From positions 1-64,000 of the forward strand of contig JANNVX010000114.1 in the NCBI GenBank assembly GCA_031414595.1: 64,000 nt of DNA. The letters run 5' to 3'. Source of the stretch: Deinococcales bacterium (GTDB taxonomy: Bacteria > Deinococcota > Deinococci > Deinococcales > JAAFIG01). Positions 29,701-38,557 of the stretch are shown here, piece by piece. The notes below the pieces were generated by a model. The model saw only the letters and a list, made by a program, of their open reading frames with translations. It was not told the DNA's origin and ran no database searches. The translations under genes and the position numbers were made by a program. Every line of letters starts with the position of its first letter. Position 1 is the stretch's first letter.

Positions 29701-31320
29701 TTATTTGGGTTTAACGGTTGGTAATTTACTCAAATCGAGCCTAATGAACGTAACTATCCCATCAACTTTTACCACCACACTTTTTTGCCCTGCATCCCAA
29801 GCGATGCTCACCCCCAGCAAACCATTTAAGGCTCGCAGTGGCACATACATTTTGCCATTGTGTAAAATCGGGGCAGTATAGCCAGCACCACCCAAACCAA
29901 TGCTTAAACGAAGCACCGACCCAAGCCGCACAATCGTGGCTGTGCCTGCCGAATAAGCGGTTACTTCTGCCCCAACCAAAGCTGCCAATTCACGCACAGG
30001 CAACATAATTGTGCTGCCCACCAAAATAGCTTTGGAAGCCAGTACAGTTGTATTCACGGTACTCGAGACGGCTGGACTCGAGATGACGGGCGTTATGGCA
30101 GTTGGCGTTGAAGTAACTGGACTCGAGACGGCTGGCGTTGTGCCAGTTGGCGTTGAAACAACAGGACGAATGACCACAGGACTAGGCAAACCAACGCCAC
30201 TTGTATCAGGTTCGGTTAAGGCTTGCAATTCAACCAGACTTAAACTGCGCCCCAGACCAAGGTTACTGCCCTTAAAACGCCCCCACGGAGCAAGCTGAGG
30301 GCTGGTGCTGCCTTGCAAGGCAAAGAGTGTTCCAGCCAAATTAGAAATAATAATTGTGCCATCATTAGCAATAATCGGCGAGGCATCAATTCGACTATTT
30401 AAGTTCTTTTTCCATAATAGTTGCCCTGTGGCATTCAGCGCATAAAAGTTTGAATCAAAAGACCCAAAATAAATTGTGCCATCTTTGGCTAGGGCTGGAA
30501 TTGAAGAAATATAACCTTCAGCTAAAAAAGTCCAAAGCGCTGTTCCATCACTACCAATGGCGTGCAGCTTTTTATCGTGTGAACCAACATAAATCGTGCC
30601 GTCTATGGCAACCACTGGACTCGAGAGAACATAAAAACCCGTTTTGTACTTCCAGCGCTGTGTACCATCGGCATTGACAGCATACAAATTTGAATCACTC
30701 GAGCCAATATAAATCGTGCCGTCACTGGCAATGGCGGGCGAAGAAAACAAAAAGCCCTCGGTTTGGAATTTCCAGCGCTGTGTGCCATCAGGGTTAAAAG
30801 CGTGCAAGGCTTTATCGTGAGCGCCGATGTAAATTGTGCCATCTGTACCAATGGCTGGCGAAGAAAAAACCGATTGCCCGATTTTATACTCCCATTTAAG
30901 CTGCCCATCTGGGTTTAAGGCAAAAACCGTTCCCTTGCTGTTGCCAAAGTACAATGTGCCATCTGTGCCAATCGCGGGCGAAGAATAAATATCGCCGCCC
31001 GAAGCAAACGACCATTTGAGTTTTCCACTCGAGCTTAAAGCATAAAACGATTTGTTGTACGCACCAAAATAAATTGTGCCATCTGTGCCAAGTGCCGCAC
31101 TTGACTTAACAATGCCACCAACCAAGAACTTCCATTTGAGTTTACCCAACGCCGAAACCGCATAAAAATACTGGTCTGTGCCGCCAAAGTAAATTGTGCC
31201 ATCTGTGCCAATGATTGGAGAATTCGAGGCTGCACCAGTCAATTGCCATTTTATATCGCCAGACTTTGCTGTTGCAAAGCCACTGAGTAAAAACACAAGT
31301 GCCATTAAAATCTTTTGCAT
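29701..31320 (-). CDS. Secreted PQQ-like beta-propeller protein with S/T/P linker and copper-amine-oxidase N-terminal-like domain
   Basis: About 8 repeats of SSPAIGxDGTIY.G...YAL..G..KW; C-terminal MYVPLR. Confidence 0.85.
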   Translation of the reverse strand: MQKILMALVFLLSGFATAKSGDIKWQLTGAASNSPIIGTDGTIYFGGTDQYFYAVSALGKLKWKFLVGGIVKSSAALGTDGTIYFGAYNKSFYALSSSGKLKWSFASGGDIYSSPAIGTDGTLYFGNSKGTVFALNPDGQLKWEYKIGQSVFSSPAIGTDGTIYIGAHDKALHAFNPDGTQRWKFQTEGFLFSSPAIASDGTIYIGSSDSNLYAVNADGTQRWKYKTGFYVLSSPVVAIDGTIYVGSHDKKLHAIGSDGTALWTFLAEGYISSIPALAKDGTIYFGSFDSNFYALNATGQLLWKKNLNSRIDASPIIANDGTIIISNLAGTLFALQGSTSPQLAPWGRFKGSNLGLGRSLSLVELQALTEPDTSGVGLPSPVVIRPVVSTPTGTTPAVSSPVTSTPTAITPVISSPAVSSTVNTTVLASKAILVGSTIMLPVRELAALVGAEVTAYSAGTATIVRLGSVLRLSIGLGGAGYTAPILHNGKMYVPLRALNGLLGVSIAWDAGQKSVVVKVDGIVTFIRLDLSKLPTVKPK

Positions 31321-31373
31321 TTGCCACCCTCGCATAAAAATCAGTCCCTGTCAAACAACCGATTTATGAATAC

Positions 31374-31408
31374 GATTTATCGTCGTATAAAAAACACGAC
31401 GATAAATC
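31374..31408. repeat. Perfect 13-bp inverted repeat
   Basis: GATTTATCGTCGT-9nt-ACGACGATAAATC. Confidence 0.8.
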
Positions 31409-31428
31409 CAAACGAAATTGTTGAGCTA

Positions 31429-31914
31429 CTATTTGCTTTGGGCGCGAAGCAACATGGCACGTACCGAAGCACTTTCTTGCCAACGCAAAGAATCAATCAG
31501 GTAAGGAATGGCTTCTGATTTTAAGTTGCGTTGTAAACGCAGATAACCCATTTTAGCACCAGTCTTGGCTGCCCAACCAAGGGCTTCTTTGTCTAAATTA
31601 CTTTTACTTTCATAGGTTTTCCAAACCGAGTAGCCTTCAGACCACCATTGGGTGGTGGTGAACAACTCTCCAAGGTAACGCAAGTACGGCAATTGTTCTG
31701 GCTCGAGTTGCACTGCCATCGCCGCATGTCCAACCGCGTCATCCCATAACGGAAGGTCAATAAAGGCTTGTGGATAAGCAATTTCGGCTTGGGCAGCCAA
31801 CGCCTGAGCCGTCTCGTAATGGCTACTGGCACTGACTACATTTTGTTGGGCATGTGAGTTGGCGACGGTTAAACCTAGGGCGAGTGTAAAAACGAACATC
31901 AATACTTTTTTCAT
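31429..31914 (-). CDS. Secreted TPR-like helical protein
   Basis: Signal peptide, AAGGAG RBS, TPR-like AVQLEP..YL..LG. Confidence 0.65.
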   Translation of the reverse strand: MKKVLMFVFTLALGLTVANSHAQQNVVSASSHYETAQALAAQAEIAYPQAFIDLPLWDDAVGHAAMAVQLEPEQLPYLRYLGELFTTTQWWSEGYSVWKTYESKSNLDKEALGWAAKTGAKMGYLRLQRNLKSEAIPYLIDSLRWQESASVRAMLLRAQSK

Positions 31915-31943
31915 AGCTTTCTCCTTGAACATTGATTTTTTTG

Positions 31944-32672
31944 TTACGGTAAGTAATTACCGGGGATGGCTAGAGTGCCAGGTTTCATGCTGTACTGTCC
32001 ACCAATTCCAAGAACAAATCCGCCGTTGTAACCAGCGTAAAAGCCCAAGCGAAATTGCGGCACGAGGTCGTAATACAAGCCAACTCGAGCATCAAACAGC
32101 AAACCCGCACCAAATGATTCAACACTGGCAATGCTGTTTAAGCCAAGGGCAGCTTGGGTGTACAAGGAAATCCCACCCAAAGGTTCAAATTTAAGACCTG
32201 CGTAACCACTAATTTGTGGGCTAAACTGTCCAACACTAAAGTTGTATGCCACTGCGCCGTCCATGCCACCGTAGGCTTTAATAAGCTCGGACAAGCCATA
32301 ACGAGCCACAAACCCCGCGTTGATGTCAGCCGCAAAACTCGAGGACGGTAAAACAGCAAAGTTGAATCCAGCCCCGAGGTAAACATTGACAAAGGTGTTA
32401 TTGGCACTCAAAACCTGAACGATGTACTTTGCACCAACTCGAGCATCAATTCCAATTTGCGAAGCGGCTGGAAAACTTGGGGTAAAGCCAAGGTTTAAGC
32501 TACCACCGACAAATAAATTGGGAGTCAGTTCGGTGCTGTAATGTAAGCCAGCCCCAACACTAAAAGTCGGTGTAATCGGTAAATCTATTGTCGCTGAAAA
32601 ACCATCTGCCAAAGCAGGAGCCGCCGAAAGTACCAGACCTACACACACAAGAGCCAAATTTTTTAATCGCAT
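31944..32672 (-). CDS. Predicted outer-membrane beta-barrel protein
   Basis: Signal peptide and alternating Gly/aromatic beta strands. Confidence 0.6.
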   Translation of the reverse strand: MRLKNLALVCVGLVLSAAPALADGFSATIDLPITPTFSVGAGLHYSTELTPNLFVGGSLNLGFTPSFPAASQIGIDARVGAKYIVQVLSANNTFVNVYLGAGFNFAVLPSSSFAADINAGFVARYGLSELIKAYGGMDGAVAYNFSVGQFSPQISGYAGLKFEPLGGISLYTQAALGLNSIASVESFGAGLLFDARVGLYYDLVPQFRLGFYAGYNGGFVLGIGGQYSMKPGTLAIPGNYLP

Positions 32673-32762
32673 ACATATCCTTACACACAAACCGTTAAGC
32701 AAGCCGTTGGCATTGCCCAAATCGGGAGAGAATTTTTTGTTGGCACAAAACACTAAATCTGA

Positions 32763-33029
32763 TTAGCGCAAAACACTAAAACTTCTCAGAATCACAATTA
32801 GAATCGCCGCACCAATCACGCCCCAAACCAAACCAATCAGTGAAAATGCACCCGCCACCTGAGCGCCGCCAATGTTGAGTAAATCACCAAAAATCCAGCG
32901 TCCTAAGGCAGCCCCAAAAATACCAATCAGCACATTGGCAATTGCACCTTGTTGACCGTTGGTTTTCATCACAAGGCTGGCTAGCCAACCTATTAAACCA
33001 CCAACTAAAATAACCGCAATCCAATCCAT
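32763..33029 (-). CDS. GlsB/YeaQ/YmgE stress membrane protein
   Basis: [31 protein letters not shown]. Confidence 0.9.
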   Translation of the reverse strand: MDWIAVILVGGLIGWLASLVMKTNGQQGAIANVLIGIFGAALGRWIFGDLLNIGGAQVAGAFSLIGLVWGVIGAAILIVILRSFSVLR

Positions 33030-33093
33030 ACAAACCTCCTTCTTGCCATTCATAGCGCTCGGCGTTTGAATGACATGACTGTACAAATAGCCT

Positions 33094-33175
33094 TTGAACA
33101 TGCCCTGTCTTTCTCCTGAAGCCGACCTGAAGACATGATTTAGCAAAATTCAGGCAAGCCTCAGTTTTTATTCAA
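33094..33175. promoter_or_regulatory. Divergent promoter with two opposing 11-bp-period TTCAG arrays
   Basis: TTGAA/CTGTC/CTGAA/CTGAA at 33094/33105/33116/33127; TTCAG/CTCAG/TTCAA at 33149/33160/33171. Confidence 0.65.
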
Positions 33176-33273
33176 CTGCTTAAAAGTCGCTCGATTCAAA
33201 ATAAGTTGATTAAGCCCTGGCTCGAAACTTCTCGAGCAGAAATAGATGCTTGGTATTAAAACAGGAGTGATTC

Positions 33274-33783
33274 ATGACAACATTTGCCCCAACCATGCTT
33301 GCCACACCAACTGATTTAAGTGCAAAAGAAGTACAAATAATCAGTCAAAGCCTGAATGCCTTAATTGCCGATGCTTTGGCTTTATATATCAAAACCAAAA
33401 ATTACCATTGGCATTTGTACGGTGCAAGTTTTAAGGAACTCCACGAACTTTTTGACACCCATGCCGAGCAACTTCTCGAGTCAGTAGACCCTCTTGCCGA
33501 ACGGGTGCGTAAACTTGGTGCGACCACACTGCATTCAATTTCGCAAATTGCCAAGTTACAACAAATTAAAGACGACGAAGACGATTTGGTTAAACCACTG
33601 GAAATGGTCAAGCGCTTACTGAGCGACAATCAATATATGGCACGTTGTCAACGCACTGCCATCAGTGTTTGCGAAGAAAACAACGATACCGTCAGCAGTG
33701 ATATTTTACAAAGTTACCTCGACCAAACCGAACGTCGGGTTTGGTTTTTGTTTGAAATTGCCCAAGGCAAAGCCCATCAATAA
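33274..33783 (+). CDS. dps: Dps-family protein
   Basis: LYIKTKNYHWH, LH..FD, D.LAERVRKLG, ERRVWFL. Confidence 0.95.
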   Translation: MTTFAPTMLATPTDLSAKEVQIISQSLNALIADALALYIKTKNYHWHLYGASFKELHELFDTHAEQLLESVDPLAERVRKLGATTLHSISQIAKLQQIKDDEDDLVKPLEMVKRLLSDNQYMARCQRTAISVCEENNDTVSSDILQSYLDQTERRVWFLFEIAQGKAHQ

Positions 33784-33905
33784 AAAATAAATTGGCGATT
33801 TGGAAAATAATCATGTGCGCGGGAGAAATCCGAACAATGATGAATCAGTTCTTGCCACTCGAGATGATGCCGTGCATCTCGGGTGAGACTTTTATCAGGA
33901 GCAAC

Positions 33906-34562
33906 ATGAAAACCGATCAGCAACTTCGAGAAGATATTATTGCCGAACTGGAATATGACCCAAGCATTGAGACCAAAAAAATCTCGGTGGCAACCTTGAA
34001 TGGCATTGTTACTTTATCTGGCAGTGTGCCAAATTTTTATGAAAAATGGAGCATCGAACGAGCCGTAAAGCGAGTGGCTGGCGTGAGCGGGATTGCCGAG
34101 GAATTAACCGTTCAAACTTTTCCCAATACTGAACAAACAGATAGCGAAATTGCCCAAGCCGCTCGATTGGCAATCCAATGGAGTGTGGCTATTGCCGAAG
34201 AACAGATTCAAATTATGGTTGAACAAGGGATCATTACACTCGAGGGTGCAGTGGATTGGCAGTACCAAAAGCAAAATGTCTACGATGCGGTTATTCATTT
34301 ACGCGGGGTTCAAGGTATTCATAATCGGATAACCTTAAAACCATACCTGACAAGTACCGACGTGCGTGAAAAAATCGAAGCTGCCTTTAAGCGCAGTGCC
34401 AACTTTAACGCAAAACAAGTTCATGTAACCGTGGACAACGGCAATGTCACGCTCGAAGGCAACTTGCCCACATGGACTGAACGTGACACCGCTAGCCGAG
34501 TGGCTTGGAACGCGGCGGGGGTGATGACGGTCAACAATCAAATTATGGTGGGTGGCATCTAA
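33906..34562 (+). CDS. Triple BON-domain protein
   Basis: Three GxVTLxG repeats; AGGAG RBS. Confidence 0.92.
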   Translation: MKTDQQLREDIIAELEYDPSIETKKISVATLNGIVTLSGSVPNFYEKWSIERAVKRVAGVSGIAEELTVQTFPNTEQTDSEIAQAARLAIQWSVAIAEEQIQIMVEQGIITLEGAVDWQYQKQNVYDAVIHLRGVQGIHNRITLKPYLTSTDVREKIEAAFKRSANFNAKQVHVTVDNGNVTLEGNLPTWTERDTASRVAWNAAGVMTVNNQIMVGGI

Positions 34563-34606
34563 GAATGCGTTCAAAAAATGCGGCTGGCAAACAAAGGACC
34601 AAAATC

Positions 34607-34933
34607 ATGAAAGAAATTATGCCAAGTAAAGCCTCGGATATGTCAGATCGGATTCATGCCAATATGTACATAGAAAGTTGTATCAAAACCGCCAAAACAT
34701 TTGTTGGAACGGTTGCAGGTATAAAAAACGATCTTTTTATTAAATTGCGTAAACGCGACACACCAGATGGTAAACGCCGTTTTATTCCACTCGAGTGGGT
34801 TCTGTCAGTCGAAGGGGATACGGTGCTGCTGAGTAAAAAAGCTGAAACCGTCAGGCGCAGATGGTTGACCAAAGCAGCCGTTAAAAAGCATCTGCACAAA
34901 ATACATAAATCCCAAAGTCAGTCAAAGCCTTAA
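34607..34933 (+). CDS. DUF2171-like protein
   Basis: VGTV...IKL.K.D..DG..RFIPLEWV..VEG..V.L. Confidence 0.7.
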   Translation: MKEIMPSKASDMSDRIHANMYIESCIKTAKTFVGTVAGIKNDLFIKLRKRDTPDGKRRFIPLEWVLSVEGDTVLLSKKAETVRRRWLTKAAVKKHLHKIHKSQSQSKP

Positions 34934-34961
34934 AAAATCCGCCATCCAAAAAGGAGGAAAC

Positions 34962-35186
34962 ATGTACGACATCCCTAACCATCTCAGCGATGATTTACCA
35001 ACTTTAAGTCCGTTGGTCAGTTTAAGCCCCGAAGTCTTTCTCAAGAGCCAGCCAATGCTGCTTTATGCCGATATTCTCGAGCAACCAGACCACTTACTGA
35101 TTCGCATAAACGTACCAGGTGCAAGACCAGGGAACATTATTGTCACCTTGGAGAACAATGTTTTATCGGTAGCAGCCAAACTCGAG
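34962..35186 (+). pseudogene. Hsp20 5' fragment truncated at CTCGAG
   Basis: Matches paralog at 48060 up to SV..xLE (CTCGAG 35181-35186), then similarity stops. Confidence 0.8.
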
Positions 35187-35381
35187 CCACGGCTGGAGAA
35201 TCTGTTGCGCTTCGTTTTTATTTGTTTCTTCAGGAATTATCAGAAAACGACCATGTTGCACATTGGTTAGAATCACAGTTGCTTCGAGTTGATGTGCCAG
35301 CAAAAAACCCGATTCGATGGCTTTATTTACGGCGGTTTGTTCATTGTGGGCAACGGGTATAAGAATTCGTTTGATGGTCAT
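35181..35381 (-). pseudogene. Universal stress protein 5' fragment truncated at the same CTCGAG
   Basis: IKRILIPV...LA..L.A.V; AAGGAG RBS; after QPWLE it reads into antisense Hsp20. Confidence 0.75.
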
Positions 35382-35435
35382 GATTCACGCTCCTTTTGTT
35401 AAAAGCTACGTTAGAACCAGTGCATTACGGCGATA

Positions 35436-36296
35436 TTACTGCCAGCGCTCGAGAACCTGATTATGTTGACCCACACAAGCTCCATCGCTCGAGAATGGAC
35501 AATTGGCTGTAACTTGCACTGGTTGACGATTACAGATTTTCTCCCCGTTTTTGATCCGCTCAGCAAGCACTAAAGTTTCTGGCATTGGTGAATCCTCGAG
35601 TTCTGCGCGTAAAAAATGAATGAACCGACGGTAATGTTCGATGGCAGCGTACTTATCTTCCACCACTGATAGACAAGTCATCAGTTTTTGATGGTAGTTC
35701 TCGCCAATATACGGGTCTATTCGTAACGCCCTGACTAAAGCACCAACTGCACCTGCACACGCTCCTGTTCCGCAATGCAGCAAAGAAATCTCGAGATTAG
35801 CTCGGACATATACACCGCGCAGTTCTTCGCGTAATTCATTTGCCCAAGCTACTGTCATACTGGGTAAGAAATCTCCTTTGTACAAACCAATAACATTCTG
35901 AAAAGCCCTGAGTTTTAATTCTTCAGTTGCGGCATGATGGGCTGATTCAAGGGTTCTATACATCTGGTTTAAGTCGGTGGATGCCAGCACATAGGCATTT
36001 AAGCGGTAACGATTGTGCTGCTCGAGTAACACATCGTTATTTTCGAGTGCCTGACGAATACGGTGTACCGTGACCCGAAACCGATTATTGCTTTCTTTAG
36101 TCGGTTCGGTTTGCCAGAGTTGCTCAAAAATTTCTTCTTTTTGCTTACCTTCAGGGTGGGCAAGTAAATAAAAAAAGAGTTCCTCGGCAGTTTTACTCTT
36201 AAATTGAGCCTCTGCTCCATTCACCAGCACTTGATGCGTGCCTAGCGTTCTAATCTCGAGACTGATAAAGACCTCCAAGTGTAACCGAGCTTTCAA
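35436..36296 (-). CDS. SARP-like regulator (winged helix plus BTAD), Cys-rich, copy 1
   Basis: IRTLG, ELFFYLLAHP, LW, FRVTVHRIRQAL, LYKGDFL, DPY.E. Confidence 0.85.
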   Translation of the reverse strand: MKARLHLEVFISLEIRTLGTHQVLVNGAEAQFKSKTAEELFFYLLAHPEGKQKEEIFEQLWQTEPTKESNNRFRVTVHRIRQALENNDVLLEQHNRYRLNAYVLASTDLNQMYRTLESAHHAATEELKLRAFQNVIGLYKGDFLPSMTVAWANELREELRGVYVRANLEISLLHCGTGACAGAVGALVRALRIDPYIGENYHQKLMTCLSVVEDKYAAIEHYRRFIHFLRAELEDSPMPETLVLAERIKNGEKICNRQPVQVTANCPFSSDGACVGQHNQVLERWQ

Positions 36297-36333
36297 AGTG
36301 ACCTAAACACAGCCTACAGCTTTGTAGACAGAT

Positions 36334-36424
36334 TATCCTAATTATTAATTACCAAAGCATTACCAGTCTGTGAATCACGAATTAGTTAGGCTGTAACGCT
36401 ATGGTAATGCCAACCTTGCAGACT
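36334..36424. promoter_or_regulatory. Divergent SARP-type promoters
   Basis: Minus: GTAATGC-N4-GTAATTA-N8-GATAAT; plus: GTAACGC(36393)-N4-GTAATGC(36404)-N8-CAGACT. Confidence 0.7.
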
Positions 36425-36442
36425 CTTTCAAGGAGGCATTCC

Positions 36443-36871
36443 ATGTTTCAACATATCCTCGTTCCAATAGACTCGAGCCAATCCAGCAAAGCCGCCGCAC
36501 AACTCGCTGCACGGTTGGCTCGAGCATGGGGAAGTCAGGTTACTTTTGTGCATATTTACGAAGGTGACGCGACCCAAGAAGCTCGGGCTTTACTCGAGGG
36601 TTTTATACAATACACCCGTCTTGTCCCACACCTGATTCTCGAGCCGATGCAGCATAACTTATCAGAAACACTGGTTGGACTTGCCACTCGAGAAGCCACC
36701 GAACTAATCCTGATTGGTGTTCATGCCTATGCCAGACTCGAGCAAGAAGTGCTGGATGGGGTGGCAGGAAGCATTTCGGAACAAGCCAAAATACCCGTCT
36801 TAATCGTGCCAATAGAAAGTAAAAAAGTTGGGTTTGAAGCGCGTTGGGCAAGTGCGGTAATGCAGCCGTAA
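36443..36871 (+). CDS. Universal stress protein
   Basis: MFQHILVPIDSS, LILIG, IPVLIVP; AGGAGG RBS. Confidence 0.88.
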   Translation: MFQHILVPIDSSQSSKAAAQLAARLARAWGSQVTFVHIYEGDATQEARALLEGFIQYTRLVPHLILEPMQHNLSETLVGLATREATELILIGVHAYARLEQEVLDGVAGSISEQAKIPVLIVPIESKKVGFEARWASAVMQP

Positions 36872-37071
36872 TGCCAGTACCGCAAACTATTCTCGAGTGA
36901 GGTGAACCATGCGAACCATTCCAGTAATCGGTAGTTTAACCCTATTTCTAGCCAGTTTATTTGTTGCCATAAATTTACAAAAACCATTGGCAGGACTGAT
37001 TATTTTAATTGTTAGCTTGCTGACTTTGTGGCTCGAAGTTAGCCACCGAGATTCACAAGAAGGAGAACATC

Positions 37072-38022
37072 ATGTTCGCTAAAGTCTGCATTCCTGTTAC
37101 CAACGAATCCCTGTCCATTCATGCGGCTCGAGCCGCGCTGGATTTTGCCCATAAACTCAAGGCTACAGCTGTGTTTGTATCGGTCTTTACAATGCCGATT
37201 ATTTACCGCTCTCAGACCGAAGAAGAAGTTCGGCTTGAATTACAAAAAAATACTGAAGCCTTTCTCGAGACTTGGATAGAATTTGCCGAGCATCGCCAAG
37301 TTCCAGTCAGTACAATCGCCATTGAAGCTCGAGCCTCGGGAATCGCCCAAACCATTGCCGAAATTGCTCTTGAGGAACACTGCGATTTAATCGCTATGGG
37401 AACACACGCCTACGAAGGGATGAACCGACTTTTGCTTGGTAGTATCGCCGAAGCTGTGACACGTTATTCGCACTTACCAGTGATGCTATTCCATATCGGT
37501 CTTGTACCAACCGCCAAACCATTTGATTGCAACCGAATTCTGGTGGCTGTGGATGGTAGTCAAGCTACAGCCGAAGCACTTGATATTACCAGAGCTTTGG
37601 CTAAACAATTGCCTGCCAGTGTTGAAATCTTGCACGTAGTACCTGACGTTCCACCGACTTACGATACCATCATGCCAATGATTGATTACTCAAACCTAGC
37701 TACTGATTACTTAAACGAAGGTAAGCATATTTTGTACAACGCTGAAGCTAAACTAACCGACATTAGCAACAAGGAATTGGTTCTCGAGCCAGCCGGTGGT
37801 CGGCGAATTGCCACTGTGATTCTCGAGATTGCTAAAAATCATCACGCTGATTTGATTGTGCTGGGAACACACGGGTACGGTGGTTTAGACCGAATTTTAC
37901 TCGGCAGCGTGGCGCAAGCCGTGGCGCACCATGCTCATGTGCCTGTGCTGCTGACTCGAGCAGCACAGCGCGAAGATGTGGCTGCCTCTGCTGCTACTGC
38001 CCTCCCAAGTTTAGCTGTTTAA
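37072..38022 (+). CDS. Tandem-domain universal stress protein
   Basis: Two DLI.xGTH...LLGSxA motifs. Confidence 0.92.
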   Translation: MFAKVCIPVTNESLSIHAARAALDFAHKLKATAVFVSVFTMPIIYRSQTEEEVRLELQKNTEAFLETWIEFAEHRQVPVSTIAIEARASGIAQTIAEIALEEHCDLIAMGTHAYEGMNRLLLGSIAEAVTRYSHLPVMLFHIGLVPTAKPFDCNRILVAVDGSQATAEALDITRALAKQLPASVEILHVVPDVPPTYDTIMPMIDYSNLATDYLNEGKHILYNAEAKLTDISNKELVLEPAGGRRIATVILEIAKNHHADLIVLGTHGYGGLDRILLGSVAQAVAHHAHVPVLLTRAAQREDVAASAATALPSLAV

Positions 38023-38059
38023 GAATTTGTGACCTCGAGTTCCGTAAGGGGAGCAACCA

Positions 38060-38548
38060 ATGAAACTGACTTTTACTGCAATTCTTGCTTGGCTATCGGG
38101 CAGTGGTTTCTTGGTAGCACTGGCGGCTGGTTTTGGTATTCTAGGCGGGGCTAGTGGATATACTGCTTATTATGCAGGTGCAACCAGTTACTTGTCGAGC
38201 GACCCGAAAGCCTGTGTCAATTGTCATATCATGCGCGAAGTCTACGATTCATGGGCAAAAGCACCGCATCATAACGTGGCGGTTTGTACCGATTGTCATT
38301 TACCCCATGATTTTATTGGCAAATGGCTTGCCAAAGCCGAAAATGGCTGGAATCACTCAAAGGCATTTACCTTACAAAATTTCCATGAACCAATCCGAAT
38401 TAACAAAAAGAACCTAGAAATTCTCGAGCATAACTGCAAATCTTGTCATGCCGACACAGTGCATCAAATGGTATCCGAAGTCAAACAAGACAACAGCTTA
38501 GGTTGCTTGCATTGTCATGCTGATGTTGGGCATGGACCACAACGATAA
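38060..38548 (+). CDS. nrfH: Cytochrome c nitrite reductase small subunit (tetraheme)
   Basis: N-terminal TM, SYLSSDPKACVNCHIM, four CxxCH. Confidence 0.93.
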   Translation: MKLTFTAILAWLSGSGFLVALAAGFGILGGASGYTAYYAGATSYLSSDPKACVNCHIMREVYDSWAKAPHHNVAVCTDCHLPHDFIGKWLAKAENGWNHSKAFTLQNFHEPIRINKKNLEILEHNCKSCHADTVHQMVSEVKQDNSLGCLHCHADVGHGPQR

Positions 38549-38557
38549 GGAGCAAAA

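Noticed and set aside
29701-31320. About 120-bp periodic DNA repeats as a non-coding array
   Set aside because: They are the coding blades of the beta-propeller.
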